A stretch of 64,000 bases of DNA from NCBI GenBank assembly GCA_046483305.1, contig JAWODM010000066.1, positions 37,384 to 101,383 of the forward strand, given 5' to 3'. The notes under the pieces are model-generated. The model did no database searches, was not told the DNA's origin, and saw only the letters and a list, made by a program, of their open reading frames with translations. Below, piece by piece: positions 49,301-59,082 of this stretch. The position numbers were made by a program, and so were the translations under genes. How positions within the stretch are numbered: position 1 is the first letter of the stretch; each line of letters opens with the position of its first letter. This stretch comes from Candidatus Krumholzibacteriales bacterium (lineage in GTDB: Bacteria; Krumholzibacteriota; Krumholzibacteriia; Krumholzibacteriales; WJIX01).

Positions 49301-50095
49301 ATGCCTTTAATAGAAAAGAAAATAACCGAGGCTATAATCAAGAGATATACGGAAAAGCTTCTGGACCACCTGAAATGCGATGTAGTGATAGTGGGAGCCG
49401 GGCCCAGCGGCCTGGTAGCCGCCGCCAAACTCGCTCAGGCGAAATGGAAGACAGTGGTTTTCGAAAAAAGGCTGAGTGTAGGCGGGGGCATGTGGGGAGG
49501 GGGGATGATGATGAACGAAATAGTCGTCCAGGATATAGGCAAAGAGATACTGGATGAGTTTGGCGTGGAGAGTGTCCTTTCCTCAAAAGATTACTACACC
49601 GCCGATGCGATAGAGGCAGTCTGTTCAATAGCGGCCAGGGCCGTAAAGAGCGGGGCCAGAATCTTTAATCTGGTAATGGTGGAAGACCTGGTGATCAAGC
49701 ATAACAGGGCAGCCGGAGTGGTAATCAACTGGTCTACCGCCGAAATGTCAGGACTTCCCATCGATCCGCTGACCATAGAATCCAAATTCGTGGTGGATGC
49801 GACCGGGCATCAGGCCGAGATAGTCAGGCTGCTGGACAGGAAAGCGGACACCCGGTTGATGACTCCCACCGGGAAAGTAGAGGGTGAGAGGTCTCTCTGG
49901 ACAGAGAAGGCGGAGCAGTCCACCCTGGATAATACCAGAGAGATTTACCCCAATGTCTTCGTCACCGGGATGTGCGCCAATGCCACCTTCGGTTCCTACA
50001 GAATGGGCCCGATCTTCGGCGGAATGCTGAAATCGGGAGAAAAGGTCGCCGGGCTCATTTCCCGGAAACTGGAAATGGGAGAAGAGGACGGTTAG
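49301..50095 (+). CDS. thi4: Thi4 family thiazole synthase, non-Cys (sulfide-dependent) type
   Basis: GAGPSG, GGGMWGGG, IDPLTI, DATGH, RMGPIFGGMLKSG. Confidence 0.92.
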   Translation: MPLIEKKITEAIIKRYTEKLLDHLKCDVVIVGAGPSGLVAAAKLAQAKWKTVVFEKRLSVGGGMWGGGMMMNEIVVQDIGKEILDEFGVESVLSSKDYYTADAIEAVCSIAARAVKSGARIFNLVMVEDLVIKHNRAAGVVINWSTAEMSGLPIDPLTIESKFVVDATGHQAEIVRLLDRKADTRLMTPTGKVEGERSLWTEKAEQSTLDNTREIYPNVFVTGMCANATFGSYRMGPIFGGMLKSGEKVAGLISRKLEMGEEDG

Positions 50096-53000
50096 ATAAG
50101 CCCGGTCAGGGAGCGCGGCAGTTCCACCCCCGACAGGTCCCCGGCTGACAGGGTGATCGAAAGGCCGGGGCGGACAAAATAGAAAATAACCCCGCCGGCC
50201 AGATCTATCCCCAGGGCTTTCATGCCGGCCATGTACATGGCGCCCTGCGGAAGATAATCCGGCAGGCGATTTTCGGGATCAGTTATATTGTCGGTCTTAT
50301 AATCGACCGCCGTCCACACCCCTTCAGAGATGAACAGAAGATCGATTTTACCTGAAAGATATCGGCCGGAACCCGGAAACGGGCCGGGCTCGAGCGGGAC
50401 GGTAAAGGGAACTTCACGCATTATTCTCTCAGACCTGAATACCCTTCCCATAAATTCCGATTCCACTGTTTTCCGGACCAGCCCGGCCAGTTCATCCCGG
50501 CGGCGCTCAATTCCATTCTCACGGGCGATGAGCTCCGCTATTCTGTCCAGGCCCCCGATATCGTCAAAATTCATTGACTCCATCACCCGGTGAAATGCGG
50601 TTCCGAAAGCGGCGGCATCTCCCCGCCCGGCGCCTGAAACCATAACATCCCGGGTATCCGCCGCCGGCGCACTCTCTTTTTCCGAAGAAGGAGTAATTAC
50701 CGGAGCGTCCCCCATTCCCTTCTCCAGCAGTTTCTGCCTGGCCGCCCCCCATTCCTTCATTTTCCTGTCGCCCTCAATCCTGGAGGAACTTCCCGGGGGC
50801 GGGACCTTCCTGAACTCAGTCCGGGCGCCTGTGTAAGGGGGAAGAGCCGAATTCTCCATACTCCTTACAAACTCTGCCGCGGGGCCGGCCTGATCTTCTT
50901 CCTTCCCGGCGCTCCTAGAGCCGCCCGGAGAGGGAAGAAAATCTTCGATCAGGCTGATATAGTTTTTCCGGGATCCCCCCCTCACATCAGGAATTATCAG
51001 GAGATCCCCGGCCCTGGTGGCGGATACGTAAAGAAGCCGTTTTATCTCCGCGGCATCCCTCTCTCTGTCCATCTCTTCAGCTTTTCCGTATCCACCGGTA
51101 TGCCAATCCCCGTTCAGCTTGAATTCAACTCTCCGGCCTCCCTCGATATAGACATTTTCGCCCTGTGTTATCCCCTGATGGAGATTTACCATGAAAACCA
51201 CCGGAAACTGCTGCCCCTTGGATTTATGGATGGACATCAGCCTCACCGCATCCTGGTCTTTTTCCATGAGGGAATATTCGTTTTCCCTGGTGCCGAGCTT
51301 CTCCTGATCCCTGAACCAGAGCGCGAACTGCCTGAAGGAATGAAAACCATTATCAAATTCTCTGCCCTTTCGGATTACCTTCTCGATATTACCAAGCCTC
51401 TGCCTGGAGTGGGACCTGAAAACAGTTGCTTCCCGGTAGCCGGTCCGGCTGATAAGTCGTTTAACCGTGCCGGCAGCTCCTCTCCGGTTCCTTTCCAGAT
51501 GAAGGCCGCGAAGAAGAGAAAAAGCTTCTCTGAAGGAGTCGAAAGCGTTTCCTTCCGGGACTGCGGAAAGGTAATCCAGCTCCCCGCCGGCTTTTACGAA
51601 TAGAAATATCTCTTCGTCGCTGAAACCGAACAGCAGCGATCTCAATACAGCAATGAGATATACCCGGTCCCAGTGATTTTCCACCGTCCATACCGCGTTT
51701 GCCAGGTCCCGCACCTCCTGAGCGGCGAAGAAGAAACTGCCTCCGCTTACCAGATAGGGTATCTCTTCCGCCTTCAGGGGGTTTTCATAGTATTCCATGC
51801 CTGTAGTCGCTCTGTATATCAGGGCTATATCACTGAACCTTACCGGCCTGAACTCTTTGGCATCCAGGTCTCTTACCGGAAAACCGGAATCTACCAGATG
51901 CCTGATAGCCCTGACCACCGCAATCCCCTCCTTCTCCCTCATTTCATCAGCTTTTAGTTTTTCATCGCCCTTATCCAGCTCCAGCAGCATAACCGAGCTT
52001 CCAGGGTCATCCCTGTGCGGAATAACCGGTTCGTATTCCGGCTGGAATCTGCCTGATTCCGGTTTTCTGATAATGCGCCGGAAGGTCTGGTTCACCCAGT
52101 TAAGGACGTTTTCCCCCGACCTGAAATTCTGTCTTATCTTCAGATGCGAATCCCGCTTCGAAAAGACTTCCTTTACCCGTTCGTATACTTCCACATCCGC
52201 TTTTCTGAACCTGTAGATTGACTGTTTCGGATCTCCGACAATAAACAGGCTGCCTCCCCCTTCTTCAGCTTGCCTTTCCCGGCCATCGAACCCTGCGAGA
52301 ATGAATATTATTTCAGCCTGAATCGAGTTGGTGTCCTGGAATTCATCGACCAGAATATATTGAAATCTCCGCCTGAGCGATTTGACCACTTCACGGTTAT
52401 CCAGGAGCTGCCTCATCCTTATCAGAAGGTCGTCGAAATCCAGCGCCCCTTCAGCTCTCTTTCGATCTTCGATATACTCAAGGTAATTCTCTAACATCGC
52501 CTCCAGGCGTTCCCTGACTCCGTCCAGGTAATCAGAACGGCAGGCGGACTGCAGCTCCGAAAGTTTTTTCCTGAGCTGCTTCTGCTGATCTGATTTTTCA
52601 GGGGGTTTCCAATTTTTTTTGGCGCCGTAACCTTTAGGTATCCTGATTTTAAGAAGATACTCTTCCCGCCTGGCCGGTTGCAGGGCGGAAGCTGTTTCCA
52701 GATGCTTATTCAATTTATCGATCTCCTGTTTTCCCCTGTCTCTTTCATCGGCACAGTATTTCTCAGCCATGGAGGCAAGTTTTTCTACGTACTCCCCGTA
52801 AATTTGGCAGAAGGGGCGCCGCTCTTTCCCCGGCCTTTCCCGTTCATCGGTTTTCCTGCCGTGTATATCGCCCGAAACATACCTCTCAAAACGTCTATTA
52901 TAATAAAGGTCAGCCATTTCCCTCAGCTTCTCGACACTTCCACCCACCCGGAGCAACGCGCCAATCGGTTCCCCGTAATCGTTTCCGTATTCAGAAAGAA

Positions 53001-53481
53001 AATCTTTCCAGCAATCCTCCATGAACAGCTGATAGTCTACTCCGGTAATCAGATTGAAATCGGGGTCAATGCCCGCTTCAACCGGATAGTCTCTTATCAC
53101 TGATGAGGCAAAGGAATGAATTGTGGCTACCGGCGCTCTTTCAATCTGCTTGAGGGCGGCCCTCAATCTCTGCTCAACCTCATTCTCAACGCCAGAATCT
53201 CCGGCCTTATCCCCGCTCCCCTCCTCTCTGCCGTCAATCATTCCAGCTATCCTTCCCCTTATCCTCTCCTTCATTTCGTTTGCCGCAGCGTCGGTGAATG
53301 TAATGGCAACTATTCCGGTACAGGGGGCATTCCCGCTTTTTATGATTGAGATATACCTCTCGACCAGCAGGGTGGTCTTGCCGGTACCCGCCCCGGCCTC
53401 CAAACAGAGGGACCTGTCTATCTCCTCCACCGCTATCTTTCTCTGCTCGAAATCCACAGGACGGGAATCGCGCCTGCTCAT
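50092..53481 (-). CDS. addA: AddA-like UvrD helicase with PD-(D/E)XK nuclease
   Basis: AGAGTGKT, TIHSF, DEFQD, VGDPKQSIYRFR, SIHKSKG, YVSATRA, GKIDLL...DYKT. Confidence 0.9.
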   Translation of the reverse strand: MSRRDSRPVDFEQRKIAVEEIDRSLCLEAGAGTGKTTLLVERYISIIKSGNAPCTGIVAITFTDAAANEMKERIRGRIAGMIDGREEGSGDKAGDSGVENEVEQRLRAALKQIERAPVATIHSFASSVIRDYPVEAGIDPDFNLITGVDYQLFMEDCWKDFLSEYGNDYGEPIGALLRVGGSVEKLREMADLYYNRRFERYVSGDIHGRKTDERERPGKERRPFCQIYGEYVEKLASMAEKYCADERDRGKQEIDKLNKHLETASALQPARREEYLLKIRIPKGYGAKKNWKPPEKSDQQKQLRKKLSELQSACRSDYLDGVRERLEAMLENYLEYIEDRKRAEGALDFDDLLIRMRQLLDNREVVKSLRRRFQYILVDEFQDTNSIQAEIIFILAGFDGRERQAEEGGGSLFIVGDPKQSIYRFRKADVEVYERVKEVFSKRDSHLKIRQNFRSGENVLNWVNQTFRRIIRKPESGRFQPEYEPVIPHRDDPGSSVMLLELDKGDEKLKADEMREKEGIAVVRAIRHLVDSGFPVRDLDAKEFRPVRFSDIALIYRATTGMEYYENPLKAEEIPYLVSGGSFFFAAQEVRDLANAVWTVENHWDRVYLIAVLRSLLFGFSDEEIFLFVKAGGELDYLSAVPEGNAFDSFREAFSLLRGLHLERNRRGAAGTVKRLISRTGYREATVFRSHSRQRLGNIEKVIRKGREFDNGFHSFRQFALWFRDQEKLGTRENEYSLMEKDQDAVRLMSIHKSKGQQFPVVFMVNLHQGITQGENVYIEGGRRVEFKLNGDWHTGGYGKAEEMDRERDAAEIKRLLYVSATRAGDLLIIPDVRGGSRKNYISLIEDFLPSPGGSRSAGKEEDQAGPAAEFVRSMENSALPPYTGARTEFRKVPPPGSSSRIEGDRKMKEWGAARQKLLEKGMGDAPVITPSSEKESAPAADTRDVMVSGAGRGDAAAFGTAFHRVMESMNFDDIGGLDRIAELIARENGIERRRDELAGLVRKTVESEFMGRVFRSERIMREVPFTVPLEPGPFPGSGRYLSGKIDLLFISEGVWTAVDYKTDNITDPENRLPDYLPQGAMYMAGMKALGIDLAGGVIFYFVRPGLSITLSAGDLSGVELPRSLTGLI

Positions 53482-53485
53482 GACT

Positions 53486-56400
53486 TCAATCCTCCATCTC
53501 CTTCATTCTGCGGTATTCCCCGCATCTGGAATCATTGCGAACCTTGTCCCTGAACAGCCTCTCCCTGGAAGCCGGGCAGGCCGGTTTATAATCACAGAAC
53601 CTGCAACCGCTGCGGGAGGGATGTGAGAAGAATAATCCATTTTCGATACTGCTGATAACTGCCTCTATAATCCGGTCGAATTCCTCTCTTCTCTTCTCCA
53701 GCTCCTTCCCTTCAAAAAATACCGCCCCCGGGGGGTCGGCGCTTACCTCCCGGTATTCCGCCCTTCCTTTCCGGAGAGGTTTCCCCAGAATAGCCGATGC
53801 GCCCAGAAGGTACATGGGCAGCTGAATATGCTTTCCGCGGCTGAAATCATTTTTCCTGGCTCCGGGCGGCTTTCTGGATTTATAATCTATCACCCTGAAA
53901 GAATCATCCCCGGGAGAGGCATCTATTCTGTCAATTTTTCCCTTTATCCTTATCCGGCGGCCGCTCACCGAGAGAGAAAGTACCACCGGCTGCTGCCCCC
54001 TGCCGAAGAACTCCTCGAATCCAACCGGGACATAAATTTCTTCGGCCCCCGCTTCTCTTCTAAGAAAGATTGCCACCGAATCGGTAATCTCCTCCTTTTT
54101 GAGTTCCCACATGAAATCAAGCCCTACCCCCTGTCTGCCTGAAAAGGCTTCAAACTCCTCGCCGGCGGCTGACCCTAGAATCCCCGGTATCTCTTCCTCT
54201 TTATCCCTGCGGAGGGGAAGAAGCCCTCTTTCCCGGAACCTTATATAAACCTTTTCCAGTATTCCGTGCAGCAGCTGCCCCTTCTGCATGGGATCTATGC
54301 TAATCATTAATTCGGGGTCTTCGATTCTTTCAGCCCTCAGAATATATTTCATAAAAAAGGCAAAAGGGCAATTGGAATAGCTCTGCAGAAATGTCGCCGA
54401 AAATCTCCGCCCACTCAATTCATCCCTCATGGCGATAAGGGTTTCGCCGGAGCCGAATACTCCGTCCCAGGGGGAAAAAGCTCCGGTGTTCATCCTGGCC
54501 CCGAGAGCTTTCACGGAGCGGTCAAAAAAGGAACGGGCCGGAAGCGGCCCCTCGCCTTTCCGGTAGAAATCGGCGGTCCGGCAAAACAGATATTCGTCTG
54601 CGCTTATACAGCAGGAAGGCTGCCGGCCTCCGGTAATGATTTTATCTTCCAGCCGAAGGTTTCCGCTTCCGGCGAAATCTGTCAGCTGCTCGACAAGGTA
54701 TGACCGGAGCCTTTTCTTGTCGTCATCCCCCTCGAAGAGAGCCAGGCTGCAGACAAGCCTTTCCGAGGCCGACCTGAGAGCCAGCGAGAATATCAGTTCA
54801 ATCTCCTCGTAACGTGCCATCTTTTCCCGCAGAAATAACCTTCCTCCCGGTATTCTGTTCAACTCCCCTCTTTCCCCATCCCTGAGAAAGGGGTCCTGCT
54901 GAATCCTTCCCGGGAGCTTTTCATTAATCAGGCCGCCCAGAAACAGTATCCTGAAAGAGAGCCCCCTCAGCTGCTGCAGGGTAAGAAGATTCACTCCGAC
55001 TCCGAGGAAACTCCCCCTGCTGAAGCTGTTCCTGCGCATCATTTTCTTTAATATTCCGGAGAACGCTTCAAAGGTAAGGGGAGTGGAACCCCGGTCCAGT
55101 CCCGAATCAAAGATCCGCTCAAGATCGATCTCATCCGTAAATATCCTCTCCGCCAGCGAGGATACCGTTCCGGAGATCTCTTCCCAGTTCAACTCCCCCT
55201 CAACAGCATCTCCGGCCCCTGCTATCTCAGCAAGTATATCACCCACTATTTCAGCAGCCCTGATCACTCGCTTGATATCTTCAGTCTCTTTTCTGCGGCG
55301 CAGATCCTTAAGGAAGGACGAGTTCTCCTCCAGCCAGCCATCCTTTCCGGTTATACCTTCAGCGGCTGTAACCCCCGCCCAGAGATCGAAGGGATCGTAA
55401 CCGGCACATCTCCCCCCGGGAACAGCCAGGGGCGCCAGCAGAAGAAACTCCACCAGTTCCTTTCTTCCGAACCTTCCCCCGATAAGATCAAGCAGCAGGG
55501 TCAGGGATCTCACCGCCCTGCTCGATTCCAGGCCCCCAGACCTGGCTACGTAGAATGGTATTCCCGCCTCATTAAGGGCTTCCTCCACCGGCGGGAAACA
55601 ATCTTCAGAAGGAAATGCTATCCCGATATCCCTGAACAGAATCCCCTGTTCCTGAACCGACTCCAGTATCATCCGGGCGATCTCTCCCGCCTCCTGTTCA
55701 TCGTCGCAGGCCTCCAGAAGAACGCCTTTAAGCCCCATGGCGCTTATTCCCTCTCCATCCACTTCGTCAGTAATACTGAAACCGGCTTCTTTCAGCCGCT
55801 CCACGGATGGTTCGGGAAAACAGTTCTTTTTTCCGGAAGCCATCAGCAGATCCACAGTCCGGGCGCGGGCGATAGAGGCGAGAAGATTTATCTGCAATTT
55901 ATTGAAATCGTAGAAACCGTAAGCCAAAAGAGGGCCGTCCAGACGGGTCCCGCCCCCGGCAGCTTCCATGAACCTGGTATGTATATCCGCCCCCTGCCTC
56001 TCGATCTCCCTCCTGTAATGGATGAACATCGATATTACCGAACGGGCCCTCTCCGGCAGGCCCCGGCAAGCCCCGCTTCCGGCCAGCCGTTCGGCTTCCG
56101 GCAGATCAAGGCCCGCCTCCGACAGATCGGTCATGGTTCTGAGTATTGAATCCGCAAACCCGGAGCTCTCTGAGATCCCGCTGAAATATTCAGGTACGGA
56201 ACCTTCGTGTTTTATCTTTTCTATAATCAGCCTGCCCGCCGCCGGGGAAAGTTTTTCAGAAAATTCACCACTCTCGGATTCCATCTTCTCCAGGAGGTCC
56301 GGAAAGGTCAGAAACCTGATGTTGAAGATGCCGCCTGATTCATCAGCCAGCAGCCTTTTCAGCTGGACCGCGACCAGGTTGGACCTCACCAGCAGATATA

Positions 56401-56542
56401 CAGGAACCAGAGGCTCCCTCTTCCGTATATCCGCAATCCTGGCCACAGCGATATCTGTTAATTCCCGGTAGCTGTTTCTTATGGTTATTTTTCCGTCCAT
56501 GGCGGATACCTTTAAGACCTCCGGATTCTCCATTGAACACAC
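53486..56542 (-). CDS. addB: AddB-like inactive helicase with Fe-S PD-(D/E)XK nuclease
   Basis: No intact Walker A; SAT...Y.NCPF, GKIDRID, IDYKS, QLPMY, CRFCDYKPAC; paired with addA. Exact start uncertain. Confidence 0.87.
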   Translation of the reverse strand: MCSMENPEVLKVSAMDGKITIRNSYRELTDIAVARIADIRKREPLVPVYLLVRSNLVAVQLKRLLADESGGIFNIRFLTFPDLLEKMESESGEFSEKLSPAAGRLIIEKIKHEGSVPEYFSGISESSGFADSILRTMTDLSEAGLDLPEAERLAGSGACRGLPERARSVISMFIHYRREIERQGADIHTRFMEAAGGGTRLDGPLLAYGFYDFNKLQINLLASIARARTVDLLMASGKKNCFPEPSVERLKEAGFSITDEVDGEGISAMGLKGVLLEACDDEQEAGEIARMILESVQEQGILFRDIGIAFPSEDCFPPVEEALNEAGIPFYVARSGGLESSRAVRSLTLLLDLIGGRFGRKELVEFLLLAPLAVPGGRCAGYDPFDLWAGVTAAEGITGKDGWLEENSSFLKDLRRRKETEDIKRVIRAAEIVGDILAEIAGAGDAVEGELNWEEISGTVSSLAERIFTDEIDLERIFDSGLDRGSTPLTFEAFSGILKKMMRRNSFSRGSFLGVGVNLLTLQQLRGLSFRILFLGGLINEKLPGRIQQDPFLRDGERGELNRIPGGRLFLREKMARYEEIELIFSLALRSASERLVCSLALFEGDDDKKRLRSYLVEQLTDFAGSGNLRLEDKIITGGRQPSCCISADEYLFCRTADFYRKGEGPLPARSFFDRSVKALGARMNTGAFSPWDGVFGSGETLIAMRDELSGRRFSATFLQSYSNCPFAFFMKYILRAERIEDPELMISIDPMQKGQLLHGILEKVYIRFRERGLLPLRRDKEEEIPGILGSAAGEEFEAFSGRQGVGLDFMWELKKEEITDSVAIFLRREAGAEEIYVPVGFEEFFGRGQQPVVLSLSVSGRRIRIKGKIDRIDASPGDDSFRVIDYKSRKPPGARKNDFSRGKHIQLPMYLLGASAILGKPLRKGRAEYREVSADPPGAVFFEGKELEKRREEFDRIIEAVISSIENGLFFSHPSRSGCRFCDYKPACPASRERLFRDKVRNDSRCGEYRRMKEMED

Positions 56543-56606
56543 CCTGATATATTAGCATATAATGACTAATATTCCAGAAGATGTTCCAGCTGAAGTATGA
56601 AGCATG

Positions 56607-56640
56607 AAAAAAGGCCGGCGGTTCGGACCGCCGGCCTTCT
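56607..56640 (-). terminator. Intrinsic terminator of the protease gene
   Basis: AAGGCCGGCGGT-4 nt loop-ACCGCCGGCCTT followed by a T run on the minus strand. Confidence 0.85.
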
Positions 56641-56660
56641 GGACAGTTCTGCCCTGTTGC

Positions 56661-58823
56661 CTAGGCGTTTTCGGATCTGGCGGATTTCCTGCCGATTATT
56701 ATGGCGCCGGCCAGGATCATAGCCAGGACAAGCACCGTCATAACCGTGTCGCTGAATACAGGCACCGCTCTGGGCTCGATAACCTCCACTATCTGATGGC
56801 AGGTATCGTACTTGCTTCCTACCCAGGCGATTATCTGAAGATCCGCGGTATCCCCGATACAGGCCACAGACGCATCCACCGCGGCGTATACCGTCCGGCA
56901 CTCTCCGCCGCCAACACCGTTCTCATTACCGGTCTCACTGATCGACGGTATCGCGCATACGCCATCGCTGTACCCGGGGCTGGTAATTTCATAGCTGTAA
57001 TCGGCATCGGGCGCGCAGGGGTTCGGGTTGCAGAGATCGAACGGAACGAATGTCTCCGCCTGGCCGACCACCACGAAGAACCTATCCGCCTGATCTATGA
57101 ATATATCGCTCTCCGCTTCGGCCGCCGAGAGTATCACCATGGTGGTGTCATTACCGCCGCAATCGGGGGAACACGCTCCGGCCGGATCGCAATATGACAT
57201 TACCGCGTAGACGGTATCCAGCTCTCCAGCAGAGGCGGAGCAGGGTGGAATCACACAGATCTGCTGAGTCCAGCTGCTCCCCGGATTGAGTTCGCGGCAG
57301 GCTTCCAGCGCGGGATCGGCGCCTATCGCCCATCCTCTGGTATCGTATACCTCCAGGCAGAAGGTATCGGCGCTCGCTCCCGAGTTGGCGGGATAGATGT
57401 CGTAGCACCATGACTCGCCCTTGACCGCCGTCTGGGTGCCTGAGGGGAACCCGTCAGAAAGGTCGGGGACCCCTTCCATGGAACAGTCGCCCGAGGATCC
57501 CAGAGGGCCGATGACGCCACGGATACCGATATCGCCGTAACCGTAGTTTCCGTTGTCCAGGGCAGCATAGCTGGTTCCGCTATTACTTATAAAGCATTTG
57601 TCGGTCTCCATGGAACCCTGGCCATCGTATGGAATCGGATAACCGTATGAACCGGTGTTGAATTCAACCTCTATATATACCGGGTCTCCATTTATCAGAA
57701 GAAGGGGTGAGGGAAGGTCAACCGTATAGTACCCGGCCTCTGAAACTGAACCGGAGACGGGTCCAGCCAGGAGGTTGGAGGGCGAACCGCCGGAGAAATC
57801 ATCATAAATATTGATAGTATAGCTGGCCGGGCTGCTGGTAGCCCAGAGAGATACTTTCTTGAGATATTCGTTGGCTGAATCGTGGGTGAGCTCGATCAGG
57901 CCCCAGTCGTCTCCGTCTCCGTAACCGATCGACTGCCACCATCCCCATTCATCGTAGTAATAAACTGTTTCGTCGGGATCGTAATCGCTGTATTCAGTAA
58001 TAATACTGCTATCAGTCCCGATCTGGGCGCTTCCGTATTCTATATAGAAATATCCGTTGTCTCCCCAGCCGGTTCCCCAGGAGTTCTTAACTATCCAGGC
58101 GCCGTTGCCGCCGCACATGTCGTCATCCCAGCCTACGATCAGAACCGCATGGTTAGGGGCCTCTGTGCCGGAATAGCTCAGACAGGTGCTTCCATCATAA
58201 CTGCCGAAACCGGAAAAGCTGGCGTACATTGCGGTATAGACCGGCCCGTAGTTCTGAACGGCGTTCTTTATGGCGGTTACGTCATTGGGGATAACCCTCC
58301 ACTCCCTGACCCGCTTGTAGAAGTCGCAGGAAGGATTGATGCAGGTGGGGGTGGGGCATCCTCCCGGATAGGGATCGCAAGTTTCCTGTACCGTACCGGA
58401 CTGAGCCAGATAATTTACGGATATCCAGGCGTTACCTCCAGTATTGCAGTCATGGTAGGAAGTCAGATTGCACGCCTGAATATTAAGTTCCGAATAATCG
58501 GGCGCAAAAGACTCGCCTATAAGTACCTGAGACTCCAGGCAGCCCAGAGTGGCGAAACACCAGCAGGTACCGAAGGACCCCTGATTTTTTACCGAAGTGA
58601 CCCCTCCCAGGCTCCTCCAGTCCCATGAACTGGCAGTGGCGCCCAGAATGTTCCTGGCCGGTTTCAGGTGTTCCAGATTAACCGGAGGGGGCACATATCC
58701 GAAATGCTCTTCCGGGATCTGGTACCTGGGCGGAGGCGCCTTGCTTAACTCCTCCGCAAAAGATGCCCCTGCTGCCAGGATCAGAAGGATAGGAACAACG
58801 ACAATTAACAATCTTGAATTCAT
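56661..58823 (-). CDS. Secreted papain-family (C1A) cysteine peptidase with a lectin-like domain, a Cys-rich region and an IPTL-CTERM-like anchor
   Basis: Signal peptide; WDWR...VKNQGSFGTCWCF, NHAVLIVGW, KNSWGTGWGDNGY; C-terminal VPVFS-TM-RK. Confidence 0.9.
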   Translation of the reverse strand: MNSRLLIVVVPILLILAAGASFAEELSKAPPPRYQIPEEHFGYVPPPVNLEHLKPARNILGATASSWDWRSLGGVTSVKNQGSFGTCWCFATLGCLESQVLIGESFAPDYSELNIQACNLTSYHDCNTGGNAWISVNYLAQSGTVQETCDPYPGGCPTPTCINPSCDFYKRVREWRVIPNDVTAIKNAVQNYGPVYTAMYASFSGFGSYDGSTCLSYSGTEAPNHAVLIVGWDDDMCGGNGAWIVKNSWGTGWGDNGYFYIEYGSAQIGTDSSIITEYSDYDPDETVYYYDEWGWWQSIGYGDGDDWGLIELTHDSANEYLKKVSLWATSSPASYTINIYDDFSGGSPSNLLAGPVSGSVSEAGYYTVDLPSPLLLINGDPVYIEVEFNTGSYGYPIPYDGQGSMETDKCFISNSGTSYAALDNGNYGYGDIGIRGVIGPLGSSGDCSMEGVPDLSDGFPSGTQTAVKGESWCYDIYPANSGASADTFCLEVYDTRGWAIGADPALEACRELNPGSSWTQQICVIPPCSASAGELDTVYAVMSYCDPAGACSPDCGGNDTTMVILSAAEAESDIFIDQADRFFVVVGQAETFVPFDLCNPNPCAPDADYSYEITSPGYSDGVCAIPSISETGNENGVGGGECRTVYAAVDASVACIGDTADLQIIAWVGSKYDTCHQIVEVIEPRAVPVFSDTVMTVLVLAMILAGAIIIGRKSARSENA

Positions 58824-59082
58824 TATATTATACCTCCCTTTCCTTACTTGCCTATGACGCTGTTTTCTGAAAAACAGAAACTGAAATTTCCATATTACTC
58901 CTCTCGAATTATAATAATTAATGTTTACCTCGTATAATAAATTAAGAGCAATTAAGTTAGAGAACTCCCCCTGATCCTCTAAACCCTTATTTGCATGAGC
59001 ATAAATTATACCATATATCTCAATATATTACAACTAATTATCAGTTTTAATGGCATCCCATTATTTCGTTCTGAATGAATGG

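Noticed and set aside
45848..50095. yjbQ and thi4 as a thiamine cluster
   Set aside because: They are separated by three unrelated genes on the other strand, and YjbQ thiamine-phosphate synthase activity is only a known side activity.
50092..56542. Helicase-nuclease pair as a novel defence system
   Set aside because: Motifs and pairing match housekeeping AddAB recombination repair.
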